From Marsupella aquatica (Eukaryota > Plantae > Marchantiophyta), in the NCBI GenBank assembly GCA_973895155.1, contig OZ316898.1:18921292-18985291 (forward strand): a stretch of 64,000 nucleotides of DNA, in the 5' to 3' direction. Below, in pieces: positions 1-14,857 of the stretch (within the stretch, counting starts at the first letter, position 1; each line of letters opens with the position of its first letter). Position numbers and translations under genes: made by a program. The notes beneath the pieces were generated by a model that worked only from the letters and a program-made list of their open reading frames with translations, was not told the origin of the DNA and did no database searches.

Positions 1-4
1 GAGG

Positions 5-358
5 GTCTACTTTTCAGCCGCCCTTGCCAGGACTAACACAAAACTAGTATGAAAATAAGGGTGGCCTTACACAATGATAAGGGCCATTGCTTCTTTATTC
101 CCTCTAACTTCAAATCTGAACCCCATAGTAAGCAGATTGGCTCTGCAAGAACTTGAGGCCATTAAGGTATGGTGTCCACCTTTCAGCCGCCCTTGCCAGG
201 ACTAACACAAAACTAGTATGAAAATAAGGGCGGCCTTACACAATGATAAGGGCCATTGCTTCTTTATTCCCTCTAACTTCAAATCTGAACTCCATAGTAA
301 GCAGATTGGCTGCCATTGGCTCTACAAGAACTTGAGGCCATGAAGGTATGGTGTCTAC
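5..358. repeat. Tandem duplication, two ~170-180 bp copies
   Basis: tttcagccgcccttgccaggactaacacaaaactagtatgaaaataaggg...catagtaagcagattggct...aaggtatggtgtc occurs at ~12-180 and ~181-358 with few differences. Confidence 0.9.
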
Positions 359-1869
359 TGATCCTCCACGACAATTAGTGGGCCCAAAGAAATGCTGACG
401 CAGAGTGTTACCTTTGTCTACAGTAGAATCTTAAATCACCTCCCGAGGTGGTCCAAACCGTATTTGATTTGTAAGTGCCAAAATTTTGCCAAATCTCACC
501 TCACTTGGAAAGTTTTTACCACGCTTGACAAAAACATAAGAGCCTTTTCCTCGGATAAGCCAGTTTTCCAAAAATCAATCCAGGAAAATTAGATAGATTT
601 AGTATTTATTGATGTCCGATCAATGGAGTTTTGGTATGGAGTCTACCATAAAGAACAATAGGTACCCCTCCAGTTTGATTTGGTGGAAAAAAGTCAGAAG
701 TAGCCACTTTCTTGTTTTATAAAGGCACCCCAAGTAAAATATCAAAGTCCACAAAGAGTATGGACAACCTTTCCCTGCCTCCATTTAAAATTTTGCCAGA
801 TTTCACCTCACTTAAATCTTGGTCACATTTGGCGAACTTAGCCATGTTTTCTGTCTTAGATCAGCCAGTTTCAGACCTAGCCACACAGACCTCCTTAGTC
901 ACAATCTGACAATTATCATTAAATCTGAGGAGATTGAAAGATCTTAAATTATTTTCTTAAAAATAGATCAGGCACATTCTTAGCATCTTCTCCTTCCTAA
1001 GTAAAAATTGTTAAAAAGTACCCTGCCCCTGTCTTCTAAAGCCACCGAAAAGCTCAAAATCCACTATCGTTTATGATTTCTTTCAATCTTTGTCTTTCCT
1101 TTTACACCAAATAATATATTCTTTGAGTAGGAGTGGAGTAGGAGAAGACCGATTTACTAAAAAGTGCCAAACAAAGTACAATGGAGTGGCTCCACTTCTC
1201 CTCTTGGCTTTTTCACTTTCTCTCGTTGATCAGCCGCCTTTTCGTTCCTCGCTCCAGCCATAATAATTATTCCAATTCACACTTCCCTAGAGCTTGTCCT
1301 TTTGTCCCCTCAGCCGTCTTTCTGGCCCCTCCTCAGAAGTGGGCCATGCCTGATTGCCTGGCCTCTCAGTCTCTAACTCTTCACAGTACAATAATAATTA
1401 TACAATAATAATTATACACCACTGTTCTAGTACTGTGTGCATCGTACATTTGTTACACCTGTTTTGAGTTGGGGCAATGAGGTCATGAGGCGGGGTGCCT
1501 AGAGAAAGAGGACTCCACTCTCACCCTTGTTAAGTTAGCATTTAATTAGTGTGAGTGTGAATTAGCATTAGTCCAACCATGCTAGGGACAAGGATTCTCA
1601 TGGGGGCACCCATCTTCTATACAAGTATAATAGGCAATCTCGTCATTTTCATCTTTAGTCCCATTGCAAAATTTAATATGGGTGAAAATTAAAACTGGCA
1701 GTTAAATATTTGAATTTATCATATCAGTTTGATTCAATCATGAGTACTTCCACTCCCGACAATACCATTTGGTCCCTCTATGCCTGCCTCGCACCTACGT
1801 GTGCCTCACAAATACGTGCCTCGCACCGGACTCTCACGTCGGACCCTAGCATCGCCACCAATGAGGGAT

Positions 1870-2170
1870 AACGATGCCTCATCATTCCCCTCCCCTCTGT
1901 GCCTCGTCATTCCCTCCCTCTTCGCAAATGCTCCCCCCATGCCTCTGTCAGTACATCCCCTCCCCTCCATGCCTCATCATTCCCTCCCTCCCTTGGAATG
2001 CTCCCCCCATGCCTCGGTCAGTCTGTCCTCTCCTCTCCCTCCCCTCCTCCCCTCCCCTCCCCTCCCCTCCGTGCCTCATCATTCCCTCCCTCGCAAATCC
2101 CCTCGACCTTAGTAATTCCCTCCCTCCCTTCATTATGGACAATCCCCCCTCGCAAATGCTCCCTCCAATA
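1870..2170. repeat. Pyrimidine-rich degenerate minisatellite
   Basis: Recurring units gcctc(a/g)tcattccctccc and cgcaaatgctccc. The overlapping Pro/Ser-rich ORFs are by-products of the repeat. Confidence 0.8.
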
Positions 2171-2829
2171 CGGGCCGGCTCTCCTTGCACAGTGCAACAC
2201 ACTAGGGCTCATTGTGAATAAAATGATTGTTTGAATTATTTTGATTTTGGTAACATTAATGAAGGGAGACACTTGCTCCACCTAAATTAGTGTGAGTAAT
2301 ACTAATGGGGTGAACAATGTAAACACTATAAGATGTTACAAACAAGACATCTTGCTAGAATTTTGGGTAAAAGGATTCCATTAAAAAAGTTGGAATCTGC
2401 TAACAGAGCTCCCCATCAAAAAGCTTGGAACGATCATCATCTCCCTCAGCACATTTAACTCTGATAATTGTATGTCCTCTAATTGTATGTCCACAACATG
2501 ATAATTGTATGTTCATGTTGGTATCAAGTTGATGTTAAGGTTAATTGGACTGGTGTACAAGATTGATTGGTCACTTAAAAATCCATTCGAGGGAAGATTG
2601 ATTGGTCACTTGTGTTAGCATTTCCCCACAATAATCTGCATGACAACCAACCAAAACAGCAGAAAGGGATGTAGCAATGAGAGACTGATCTGTTTATGGA
2701 AGATTAACAATCATAAAAGTGTTGACTAAAAACTAGTATGTCCTCCTGGTCTTTGGAGGTGGTCTGAAAACATATCAAGAGGGCATGACACATAAGCACA
2801 ATGAGACAAAAAGCTTCAGACCCACTTCA

Positions 2830-3005
2830 TTCCAACTAGAATCCCAAACTTTCACACCAAGTGGTCTCCTCTCATTTTGTAATGCCAAGAAAGGCCAATC
2901 CAACTAGGATCCCAAACCTTTCACACCAAGTGGGCTCCTCTCATTTTGTAAAGTCAAGCAAAGCCAATACAATTAGGATCACTTAACTTTCACACCAAGT
3001 GGTTT
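2830..3005. repeat. Tandem repeat, three ~58 bp units
   Basis: caa(c/t)tag(a/g)atc...ctttcacaccaagtgg occurs three times. Confidence 0.8.
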
Positions 3006-6000
3006 CCACTTACTTGAAATACAAGGCTTGGATCGAATCTTAGTGTCCAAAAGCAGAAGCGTCCGTCCAGTTGTAAAGCCCTCTAAACTCCAGATGGACC
3101 AAGCATTAATTTATTTTAGTATGAAACAGAAAAAGGACTTGATGACCCTGGAAGCCGAAAGCTCCCCTTCCTACGAAATGACGTCGTGGGGCTCCTGGCC
3201 CGGTGGCTGGGTGCGTTTCCCTTGGTAGCACCCAGTTGCAGCGAAAGATCAACTTACCGTGGTCCTAATCTGATTCCCACAAGTGGTAAATAAATTTAAA
3301 AATTGGCCCCCAATGCCGGCTCGAAAAGCATGCGTTTGCGAAATTAAATTCCAGCCACAACGACCTGAACAGCTAGATAGGAGGCCTAATGACCCATAAA
3401 ATGGTGAGATTGTCTTGGCTGGCTAGATATCTTGAACACGATGAATCTTGATCAAAATCTACCGTTCATGAGCTCTGCATAGTAAAACTATAGACAATAT
3501 GTTGTCTAATAACAACTGATTTTTTATATATAGACTATGCTTATGAGTGTGGCGGCAATGGCATGAGAGTCTGGGGTACAGGGTATTCAGGCTGGTAAGC
3601 AAAATACAGAGTAAAATGGAATGAGAAAACACTTTGATGGGGAAGAATTTTAATGACCACCCACTAAAAGTCTGGAAGCAAATAAATAACCTTTTACAGC
3701 TGATTGCTAATCAAGTGACCAGATGGGAATCCCTCCATATTGTGGTCATTGTTTCAGTCGATGGGAAAGGTCAGTGTCCTCCAAAACTGTCTTTCCTTGA
3801 AAACGTGGAAGAAGTTGAATGCACAGAATTTATCGTGTCCTCGAGTAATATAGATCTAGCGGTAAGAGGGGAATGGACATGTCCGTGTGATGTTTACCCT
3901 TTTCAAGCTACAAAATCAGCTTAAGAGATTTCTTCGGGCGCAAGAGACACTGGGACTGCGCGGGCAATTTGGACGGCTGAACTGTTTGAGTGAGCCTGGT
4001 AGCAAGCTCTCTCAAGATCGACTCTCTACGTTCAGGCTGGAAGGTTGATGGGAGTTGGCAAAGACGAAGGATTCAGTATTCAAGCCAACTTTCGAATGAT
4101 ACATATGATCGGTCAAAATGAGATACTGAACTACCAATGATGTCCTGTGGCAGCAACAACACATCCAATGTCCAAATCCTCGCCAAAACCATCATATGTT
4201 TTGTCACATCAGAGTACAAGATTTTTTTCAATGTGGAGATGTATTTCGATGTGGAGATGTATTTCGATGTACAAGATGTATTTCGATCACACAATACCCT
4301 TCGCTGAAGAAACAGCCGACGTAAAAATCTAGTCTGACAATCTCACATTGATTCGACCCAAACAGGAATATTTCGGTTCACAGTCACGTTGAGTGAGAGA
4401 TTCAACGAAGGGAGTATCACCACCTCACCGGCCAGAATGGCGACAGTCACGGTCTGATGTGGCGAGATCCCGTCTACACCTTTCAGAAAATAATGTGTTT
4501 ATGAGTCCGTGATGAAGAAACCTCGGCGCCAAAATTAGTTTTGTATGTTCAAAACCACAACAGTGCGATCTTACGTCACAAAATCATTTTGCAGCAGTAT
4601 TCCCGTACGTTCCACATTACTGTGGATATGGTGTAACGAGCTGTCTCACCATTTCCATTTGCCCAGATTACATCGCCCAGCCTTTAATCTCGTACTCTGG
4701 TGAGTGCCTCTGCCCTAGGCGATCTGCATTGTTGGTATGTCATGTCTCACAGTGATTTCCAAGTCCCAAGTTGTGTCCCACTGTCCACGCTCTCCGGATT
4801 GTCTTCGTTCTTTATTATTTTACTCACTATCCTGTACAGAATACTGGAGTAGAAGTTACTCGAGGTCCTCTAGAGTAATCGAGATGCGTAATGATCGGTG
4901 AAGCAATTGTAGTGCACGTGTGGATGAAGACAATTCATTCAATGCCGGGACAAACTATTGCGTCATCCCAACTCTCCAGAGTTCTACATCGAGAAAGGCA
5001 TTAAGTGGGAAGGCATGGAATGCAGTATTAGAAATGACGCATAGCCAACGGACGGAAACAATCAAACAAGTGTCGGTCCCAAGCGTGGAAGAAAATAGTA
5101 ATAAAGATCGGCCGCAGAAACCAACACAAACAGAAACTGATCATAACTGTAAGGAGCGGAAAGAGGGATGAATGAATCTGTACTGCAGATCTCTCCTGTA
5201 TGACGGTGCTGTGCTGTGTTGCAGGCATTATTTTTGGCAACTTGTGGTGAATTGAAGATTGGGGAGAGACCATGGTGACATGGTCTCAATCTCCTCACCA
5301 CAAATGATGCACTGATGCGCTCTGTGAGTGCAGCAGATTCTGCTACTTCCTCATCTGTCATTTATTGCAGTACACGAGGCCTCTTCCACGGCACAAATTG
5401 GTGCCATGGTCAGATCGTCGGTGCAGCTGATTTGGTCTACCCTTACGAGTTCATGTTCCTCCGCCAGGACCGCCACCGCCCTTACACTTGACTATCAAGG
5501 TGGCTCACATTGCATCACATCATGGCAGAGCAACAAAGCATTGTTTTTGCAAATCTGGCACAAAAATCATTTAATCAATTCTAAAGTTCCAAGACAGTTC
5601 CAGGTATCATGCCAACGTGGGGTTCAGGGCTGTACATCTGCCCCCCTAAAATGCTCAGAAGAGGTATGATTATGCTTGATGAATCCCTCAGCTGAAAAAG
5701 TTTACTTGGTGACCATGAAAGTTCTGTTAAAGTTTTGAGTCCTCTTACACTTTTGTGTTAGCTATTCTTGTAGGGGTTCTTTTAAAGTGTCATGTTGCAT
5801 AATCAGACTTAGTAAACAATAGTGTATAGTAACTGTTTGAACCCACATTAGTGCCCATTCTGCAGACTGGCTGTGCATTACCTCATCGCAAAAATTGTGA
5901 GGTTAGGGTATTAATTTCAATTGCAGGAATAAAATGATATCAATGTTTTCAGTTTTTGTCAACTCAAATGCAACTGGAAACAATTCATTCCAATTTTTGG

Positions 6001-7398
6001 CATTTTTCTTGTGGTTCACTAGGTTTTCTCAATGCATTCACAAGGTTCACACTGTCCTCCAAAGTCCCACTGTGAAGCTGAGGCATACCTTCAAATGCAG
6101 TTCAATAATAACTGCACAAGGGAGAGCGCATATGAAAGCAAATTGGCAGAGGGATCAATGTGGACTGACTTGGATTAGACAAGTCTGGCCCTCAAGTATT
6201 CAAATGCACCTGTTGTGAGTAAATTATTTATAGCAATGAGCACTTGAGTTAGGGTCTACTACAGTGGCAACAACTTAGGATAGCAAAACAGGAAGTAAAT
6301 TTTGCAATTCTACTTCTGCAAACTTTACTATCTGCAATATCACTGCACTCCCAAATTTTGTATCACAAAAAATTGAACACGTGCAATCCTCATGTGCAAT
6401 GTGAGCCAAGTTCAACTAAGGTAAACTACTGCATGCAACTTGATGCCATGTGTACCTTTTAATTGCTTGGCTCTTTAGATCCCTCTCTACACTTGTAAGT
6501 GTAGTCTTTGGTAATCCAATAATAATCTACAATTTAAAAGCACCATTTACCCAAAAAGAAATGCAATTTAGATGGTAACTTGAAAAAATCCATTTATTAC
6601 GGACCCCACTAGAGGTCCCTTCCAAAATTCCTGACTCCACAGTGCGCCACATCATCATGGCGCGCTGCAAACAGGAACGGATTGGTTTCCACAATAAAAT
6701 TATGCCCACATTCTTGTTTGCGACAGGATTTTGGTAAAATTGAGGACGCCATGCCGTAAATGTTCATTAAAAAGTAATCAAAAATAACTGTTTTATTTAC
6801 CCTGAGTAGGCCTGCAACTCAATTTTATTTACTGCGAGTAACCAACGGCCCACCCTTTTTTGTGAATTGTGATTCAATTCTATAAGTAATAAGTAACTAA
6901 TTAAATGAAACAACATAACATGGCAGTTAAGAATCCCGCAGCGGCAGAAGGTAACCTTTCAAACTAACCTTCCAAATGAGTGCAGAAAGTGCAAAGATTG
7001 ACTGCATTTCTGTTAGTTGCACTGCTTACGCCAATCATAATTCTATCTACTTGTCTTCTTGCCTTCTCGATTCGGGCCAACTCTACGCATTCCTCTCAAA
7101 AGTGTGTCGATAGTCTAAGGGTTATCATTTCTCACTTTTAGCACTCCAAACATTCCATACATAATTATGATTGGAAGTCAATGTATGGAATTATGATTGG
7201 CGTTCTGTCTGATTGTCAATAACCGCCGACGAGAATGTGAGTTACCAATTTCTTAAGAAATCATAATGAGATTCAAAAATTTCATTCGCTCTAGTGCAGT
7301 ACTATACTTATCATAATTCTGTGACCTTTAGTTGTTTCTAGGCGATTGTGAAAGATATTGTACTCATCTTGACTCATATGAAATGCCCTCTAATACAG

Positions 7399-7581
7399 GA
7401 TGAAGAGAATTTCTTTGCCCAAGATGGTTTTCCGAAGCCATCTTCGCAACAATCATGGAAAGGTGAAAGAGGTCTGTATGCGGTTGGATTGGGACGGAAA
7501 GGACTTCTAGGCACTTCGTTCGACGCCAAAAGTATTGCGCAGGATATAGTGAAGTATACCACGCCTCGAAAGCCGCTGTAG
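7399..7581 (+). CDS. YUC: Final exon of a YUCCA-type flavin monooxygenase (partial; upstream exons not found in window)
   Basis: The acceptor ctaatacag| precedes DEENFFAQDGFPK...WKGERGLYAVGLGRKGLLGTSFDAKSIAQDI*. This matches the YUCCA C-terminal WKGxxGLYxVGFxRxGLLGxxxDAxxIAxDI signature. Confidence 0.75.
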   Translation, partial: DEENFFAQDGFPKPSSQQSWKGERGLYAVGLGRKGLLGTSFDAKSIAQDIVKYTTPRKPL

Positions 7582-9524
7582 TGGAGAAGATTCAATATTT
7601 AACCAGATCAGTTGTACAGCTTTGAAGGAACGAAAGGGACTGTTCTGTTTCTAAGTAATCTGTGGTACACTGAACAAGGGAAATTACTATTACAATTTAG
7701 ATGTGAGACACATGTGGTGACCCACGACAGCGACACACAATGTTGACGCCGTCCCTGCCTTTTGCTACAAAGCAGAAGTCCTGCACATTAGGTTCAGAAA
7801 TTTTGACCATTACAAACAGGAAATTGTGCCTCAAGACGACTAAAGAATGGATGAATGCAAGAGACAAGCTAGACAGCAGACCGAAATACAGTAAGTTCAC
7901 AAGAAAATGGAAGAGGTTACATTTAAGGAGGTGGAACTGGCGTTTGCTGCTGCAATAACACTGTTGACTTCGGATTCACCATAGGAGGGCCATAGGAGGG
8001 CCCTTGCAGTGCGCTCCAATTCAATCTCAATCGAATAAAAACAGATGGGGTCCACGAACTAATTCCCTATTGAAGTGAGGACTCTAGACAGGCAATAGTG
8101 TTGTATGCCTGTCTGTGTGCAGGGAGAAACAAAGGGTGACAGGGGATATGGCCAGGTTACAGGGGAGGTGAACAATTATCTGTCCATTTGTGGGCAGGGA
8201 AAAACAAGGGGTGACCGCAGAGATGACCATGTATTAGGAAAAATGAACAGGGGAAGCAAAATGTCCAAATGCAAAGTATATACATTTTGGATTAACCGAG
8301 GGTACACTTCTCATCTTGGTTTTATTGGGACTCGTTATTTTCAGATGTGTTTTTAAAATAGTACATATCTAAAGGGGGTGCGACCTATTTACCCCCTTGC
8401 GATCTTTGCACACGAAAACATATTTTTTCCGTTGTTTTGGGGAATAAACTGGAAACCTTGCCCTGGACAACCCCGTCATGCAACCGAGGACAAAGGTCCA
8501 GGGATGAATTCATGTATTCTAATTTTGATCAAAATCTTCCATCCATAATCTATCGGCCGAATTTTTAAAATTTCATTAAGACTAGGCATAGGGATAGGAA
8601 TGGGGTCATGGGGAGGCTCTACTGTCTGTCAGCGGAGACCTTCGTGTGCACAGGCACGGGTATTCTGGCCGGTGGATTTTATTACGCACCCCAAAACAAT
8701 GAAATCACAAAGTCCAAAACAGAAGCACGGAAGGAAAGAGCCCGAGTCACAGAGACGTCTCCCTCCAAGGAAAAATTAATACACTAGTGGCAATGAACAA
8801 CACCACTATTCTACCAATTTGGTGGGAAAAAATGGTACCATTTGAAAAAGTTTTAAAAGTACCAATTTGGCGGGGTGCGCACATTTCAAAGCACAAAAGT
8901 AACTGTAAAACAGTACAATAATAAATATTATAATGAACTGGAATTGGAATGACATAAAGTGAGCTACGTGTTCGTTCCATGAAATGCTGTCCATGTGGAT
9001 ATGATGATTGGCAAAATTTGCCCCAAATCCAGGCGAGTTTTTCTTTTTGGGGGCAAAAGGGAGGAGGAAACCTGTCCAGGTGGTTGATGTCACTGACTTG
9101 TAATTAAAAACATGGGTGCGTTTGTTTTCGTACTCGCAAAATTCACGGGGCCTTGAGGTGGCATTTCAGTCCAATGGAAACACACCAACAAGGCTACTTT
9201 TGATGCGTTGCAGACGGTGTATCCCCCTAAACATAGGGGCTGGTGGACCCCCTTGTCAATGAGAGCTTCTGTCTGTCTTCGCCACCAAACGGGTTCACTA
9301 TTTGGCATCTCTGGCACAGATTTATGTGAATCTCATCATGTAGTCATCAGGGCATTTTTTTAGCAAGGAAAAATAGCCAAATTCTCGTCCTCCTGAATCA
9401 TTCTACACGTGCGGCTACAATTTGCCATGTTTTTTGGATCTCAGTGGCCAATTTCACCAAAGGGTAGGTCCTAGCATTTTTAAGTTTTTTTTGTTGCCAG
9501 AGTGGCTAATGCCCAGTGTGTGAA

Positions 9525-9700
9525 GTAAAAGATGCTCAAATATTTATTATATGATTATTTTCCTGACCATCAAATCTCCCTACAGTTAAGGATGACTGTT
9601 AGATTTTGGTTAATGGGGCCTGTGATTAGGTGGGACATGGGCTAATAAGACAAAAATACTAGCTAATCGGGGAGGTGGAATTTGAGAAAGTGTTGCCACT
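9525..9700 (-). repeat. Copy of the dispersed MITE-like family seen at 29810-30083 (reverse orientation)
   Basis: Reverse complement gives gtcttattagccc...cccacctaatcacaggccccattaacc...tagggagatttga...gagcatctt, matching 29897-30020 and 21621-21750. Confidence 0.7.
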
Positions 9701-12585
9701 AAAACAAAAGCTGGTAGGTCCCCCACAATCTGATGGTAATCCTTAAATTTAGTGACATCTAAGTGATCAAGAATATGAGTAGTCTTAGCGTCTAGGTCCG
9801 CCCAATCTGATAGTAATCCTAAATTGCAGTGACATCGAATGATCAAGAATATCAAGTCTTAGCGTCTCCGCCCTGACAAAGGTACCATTGGTCACTCTGG
9901 CCAATTGAAAATTTAAATAAAGACTACCCTGGTAGTCAAGTCTCGGGAATAACTTGATGGATGCCAAAGTAACATATCCTGGACTTTGGGTTCTGGTTAA
10001 AAGTCTTTCTTGATTAGAGTGCATGGACGGCACCGTCCTAATCTTCTTTTCCAGGGTCTTATAGTGGGTTGATTCCAGTGTAAGAGCACTAACTGTGTAG
10101 TGCTCCAACACAATATGATTAGTGCATCAATACCGTTTGTTGTACTTGAATGAATGTTGTGCTATTGCCTGCATAGAGACTTGCACCCTAAACCCTTCAA
10201 CCCTCAATCCAGCAGCAACATGAATGGACTGTAGCAGGCACACTGACCATGGTAGCTGCCATTGTCCACTGACCACATGGAATGACTGCTGGTATGGTCA
10301 GCATCAGTGAGCTAAGATCATTGTGCACGCTGCCAGACATGCTTCCCCATCAACTAGTTTGGGGTCCATAATGTTGTTTGAGTGGGTTAATTTGAGTGCA
10401 AGAAGACTAACTGTATTGTGCTTCAATTCAGTAAGATTGGTACATCAACAGAGTTTGTTCTGGAGAGATATGCTTAGTAGACCCCCTTCTTGAAAAAGTT
10501 TGCTAAATCAATCCCCTCCATGCTTTTCCCCAATCTGGACCGTTGATGGACCTTTAGATCTCAGATTTGGATCATTGATAGATCTCAGGGGGTTGATCAA
10601 GTAACAAGTTTCATTTTGGGGGTCTATCAAACAAATACCTCGTTTGTTCTACTTGAACATTGTTCTGTTGCTTGTGTGGAGAGCTGCACACTATATTTGT
10701 TCAAAGCCTCACTGCAGCAACACGAATGAAGTGTAGGTAGGGTCAGCTTATAGAAGAACATCATGGTTGGTGCCTCCATGAAATCCTCCATCAAGGATGA
10801 GGATCCATTTTGCACCTGGTGAAGCAATTCTCGAAGTCTCCCATGTGACTCCTCCACACTCAAAAATCATCGACAGGAGAAGTGCCGTTTTAAACTTCTC
10901 GTGTAATTGCCTAAATGAACAACCTACCCTTCACTGCTATTAGTCTTATTTCCCATTAAAATTTACCCACAACTAGGATTGCTAGTCTAATTGGGTTGAC
11001 CAAGACTATTGTGAAAAATCAATTAAAATTTAGGAACTTTTCACGTAGATCAAATGCAATAAAGTTCTTGTGTAGTCTAGTGGATGTCCGCATGGACATT
11101 ACCTCATCGGACATGAACCATGTATGACTTCGTGGTTTTTGAAGTATGAAATGTGCGTGCACTTGCGAGTTGCGTCTTTATTCAACACGTAGGCCTTTCT
11201 CCGAGCTTTCCACAACCCTATATTATACAGATTGTGAATTCAGTCTATCATGTACTTAGCAAGCGGTCCCAGCTCTTGAGGGCTTGCATCATTTTTGTGT
11301 GCTCTATTCTTCGGTTGCCTTTACTCCGTTGACCAAATATTGGAGCTGGGCTTATCCTGCGCCTTGTTACTCTAGTAGTCCGTATCAATATCAGATATAC
11401 AAAACTTTCTCTGGTGTTTGGTGTCGTTGCTCCCACAGGCAAGACACTGTAGCTTAATAAAGTTGTCTGAGTTTTTGTACCTTCACACCACAGGCAAGAT
11501 CAAAGACAATCTCAACTGAAAGGGATGCATGATATCTTAAGGATAAAATACATTAATTTCTGTTTTACTTTAAAGTTTATTTTGGTGTGGAGGAATAAGC
11601 TCCCATGGACTTGGGGACAGGAGAGAGTTACTAGATGGACCCTATGAGGCCCCATGAGATTTTAGAAACCTTGATTTAAGATCTATCAAAAATATGGATC
11701 ATTCACATGAGCGATAAAGGGGCCCACTAGCCACATTGTGTCCCCAAAGGTCATGTAAAGTGAAGTTGCGCCTAATCTCAAACCTGAATGACTCGCACCT
11801 CAGACAGATAATGACACAAATTCTAAGAGCACTTCATAGATTCCTAAGTGTTTAAACATCTTGAGAGCCTAGGCATGACTTGTGATTATTATTTTTGACA
11901 CAAAATTGCATGAGGGGAAACATGTGCATGAAAATAATTTGGCAATGGAAGTTCATAAAAATAAGGTTTTCCAAAACAACCAGCAACCAATAAAAATCAT
12001 GTGCATACGGAAAGGTATGCTACAAGGAACTCACAACAGGACAAAAATGTCTGTTTACTGGCATGATAATGATACCCCCTAAATGCAAGGCCATGCCTGA
12101 TTCCGGGTAGTGTGCAGTTAGGAAGAGTACACTGCACAAGGGGCCAACTCGCCCTTGATTACCGGACGAAACGTCACCAAACCTTGAGGCGCCCGAAAAG
12201 GAGAACCACAACATACTCGTGATGTCATTCGAATGCCACAAGTGACGGCATTCCCCTCCCCACTACTAAATCGGTCCTTTCCGTAGGACGGGTGGGCCTA
12301 GTATACTAATAATAATAACATATTGCCATCCAGTACAAATTCGATGGATGGGGTGGTAGACTGTCTTGTACAGTAGAGGGGTCGGTGTGGTGGGTACCGT
12401 CTGCCAGACGAAACGACTACAGTACCGTAGCAGCTGAGCTGAGCGCCGCTCCAATTATAGCCTAAAAATTCAGTTAATTAACTAACAGAAGTCTGCTCAA
12501 GAGCAAGTTTGTGAGTGGCAAAAAGTGCCAATCTACTACAGCACTCAGCAGCCTGCCTCCTGTTTACTGAAATGCTAGGACTTGA

Positions 12586-13070
12586 TTTTTTTTGTGGATA
12601 ATTATTAGAATTAGCTTCATTACCCATTCATTTAATGTAAACAGAGAGGAGACCAAAAAACCAAAAAAACTCTACACAGAAAAGGATTCCCCCTTTCTTT
12701 TCTGCTCATGTTTGCCCACATTCCTTTTTTTTTCTTTCCTAACTTTATCCCCCATGAGACAAAGGGATGGGAGAACACACAGGCCACAAAGGGCAAAACA
12801 GCATCCAGAGGATGCAAAAAGGCTCGAAGAGACCACAAAGGAAATGCAAGGAGGGACAGGGTGCCCAAAAATCTATCCGAGCACCCCAACCCTATCAAGC
12901 TGTATGCAAGTAACACAGGAAAGCCATTCCCTACCCCACAAACAAGCAAACCTGAACAAAGAAAAAACAAGCAGAGTAACAAGTCCCAGGTGAGACGAGA
13001 ACATCAGAGTCCGTCCACATGGTCTGAGAACCCGGTGACATAGAGCAAAGAATCGTCCTAGGTAATCCCA
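12586..13070 (-). mobile_element. 3' fragment of a LINE with short poly(A) tail
   Basis: 12766-13050 is homologous to 18649-18950, which continues into a LINE C-terminal ORF. The minus strand ends aataattatccacaaaaaaaa. Confidence 0.55.
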
Positions 13071-13497
13071 TTCTTGTTTTTTTGTGTCCACCCTCACTGT
13101 TAATGATCTATTCACTTAGAGTTATGGTCTAGAGGACAGTAGGCCCAGCAAATAGATTTCAATAGTGCTTCAATAGTAAGATATGATTTTTTTAGTCACG
13201 GCATCAGTGACTTCACTGTGGTTAAACATAGGAGGTCCTATGACCCTAGGGGTGCCACAGTGGATAGCAGGCTTCTGAGGGAAAGGGAACTCAGGAAATA
13301 GGGAGGCACGGATGGGGGGAAACATGTACTGAGGGCAGATCCCTACCCTAGCAGACCAGTTGGTAGGGTTTTCTTTGGTCACTAGCCTGGTTTATATTAG
13401 TCATGGAAGACGCCAGTATGGATATTGAAAAGCTAGGACAGGTTGTAATTTGGACCCCGATTGGAAAGGCTACTTTAGCTTTCTTTTATATTGGATG

Positions 13498-13500
<3 letters not shown>

Positions 13501-13542
<42 letters not shown>
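13501..13542. repeat. (GA)21 microsatellite
   Basis: Perfect GA run. Confidence 0.95.
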
Positions 13543-13544
<2 letters not shown>

Positions 13545-14857
13545 TTACATTTTGTACCTACTCTAACTGGTAAAAAGGACAAAAAAATTGGAACCCAATT
13601 GGAAAGGTTAGTTTAGTGTTGTTTGGTCATGGCTTGGTTATTCATAATTGTCGTGAACGACTCCAGAGTGAATATTTAAAAGCCAGGACAGGCTAAAATT
13701 GGGAATAATTGATGAAAAACATTAAAAAATTGGAATTCGAAAACATCTCGATCGCACGCCCGAGCCTATGCCACCTCGATGGAATTTTAATAATTAGAAA
13801 CCAGATTCACAGCCTGATGGCACGAGGAATACAGCTACAGGACGAGGGGGCAGCTGTACTGCTTGTTTGTGGAACAAGTGTTAGAAGTTTTGTGAGATCG
13901 AGAAAGTAAAAAACATGACAAAACAACCAAAACATGAAACCCATCGATGGAGACCAACACCGCCAAGTCAATCTGCCCATGTGATGATTATTATGATGAT
14001 TGAGGACTTGCGTGGTAAGGTTGGCTTGATAAGAAACGGGGGCACTTGTGACTTTTTTTAATTCTGTCATATAAGCCCTGAAAACTCATTGATGACTTTA
14101 GGACTGTCCATCAAATCCATGTGTTGCCCTTAAAAAATGAAGACTTGATCATTTTCCATTGTTAAAGGCTTAGTCTGAACCCCACTTTTGGCTGAGGTTT
14201 GTGTTGATCACACTACATCCCAAGGGGACTCAAGTGCACCTCAGCCTCACATGGCCTACCACTACACTCATTGTTGGACAAAAATAGAGGCCTCATTCCT
14301 GATATTTACCTTTCTATCATTGCGCATTGTTTGGGCAGCAACCTGCTGGCAGCTCACGAGGACAGCCATATATGAATTTCAAGGGAATCGTCATTCCAAA
14401 TCTTTTTTTGACCCCAGCAAATGGCAGAGTTGTATTCTTGTTATAAAGATATATTTGTAGACCAAAACTCTCTTGAAATGAAGTATAATCCCTTGAATGA
14501 AGGAGACCAGGTTTGAAATTGTTTTGATCAGGGTAATTTTAAGGTTTTTCTTTTTAGCCAGGGTATGAGTCACCTCGTGTGAAGGAGAGATACTACGAAT
14601 TTCCTTGTCTGGTTTTTGTAGACTTACATATGGCCATTAGATCTCCTTAGATCTACAGTAAGTAACAATTGGATTCTAGCAAATGGGCCTGTGACTAGTT
14701 GGAAAACTAGCAAAACGATTTGCCAAAAGTGGTGAAGAAATTTTTTTAGTGGGGTTGAATTCGGCAATTTTTACAACTAAAATAACACTCAGATTCTAAA
14801 CAAACCAAATAGTCCACACCAGCATTTCCTTCTGCACACTGTTTGGCGCGTAGGATA

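Noticed and set aside
1780-2281. Cluster of Pro/Ser- or Gly/Glu-rich ORFs
   Set aside because: Produced by the stop-poor pyrimidine minisatellite.
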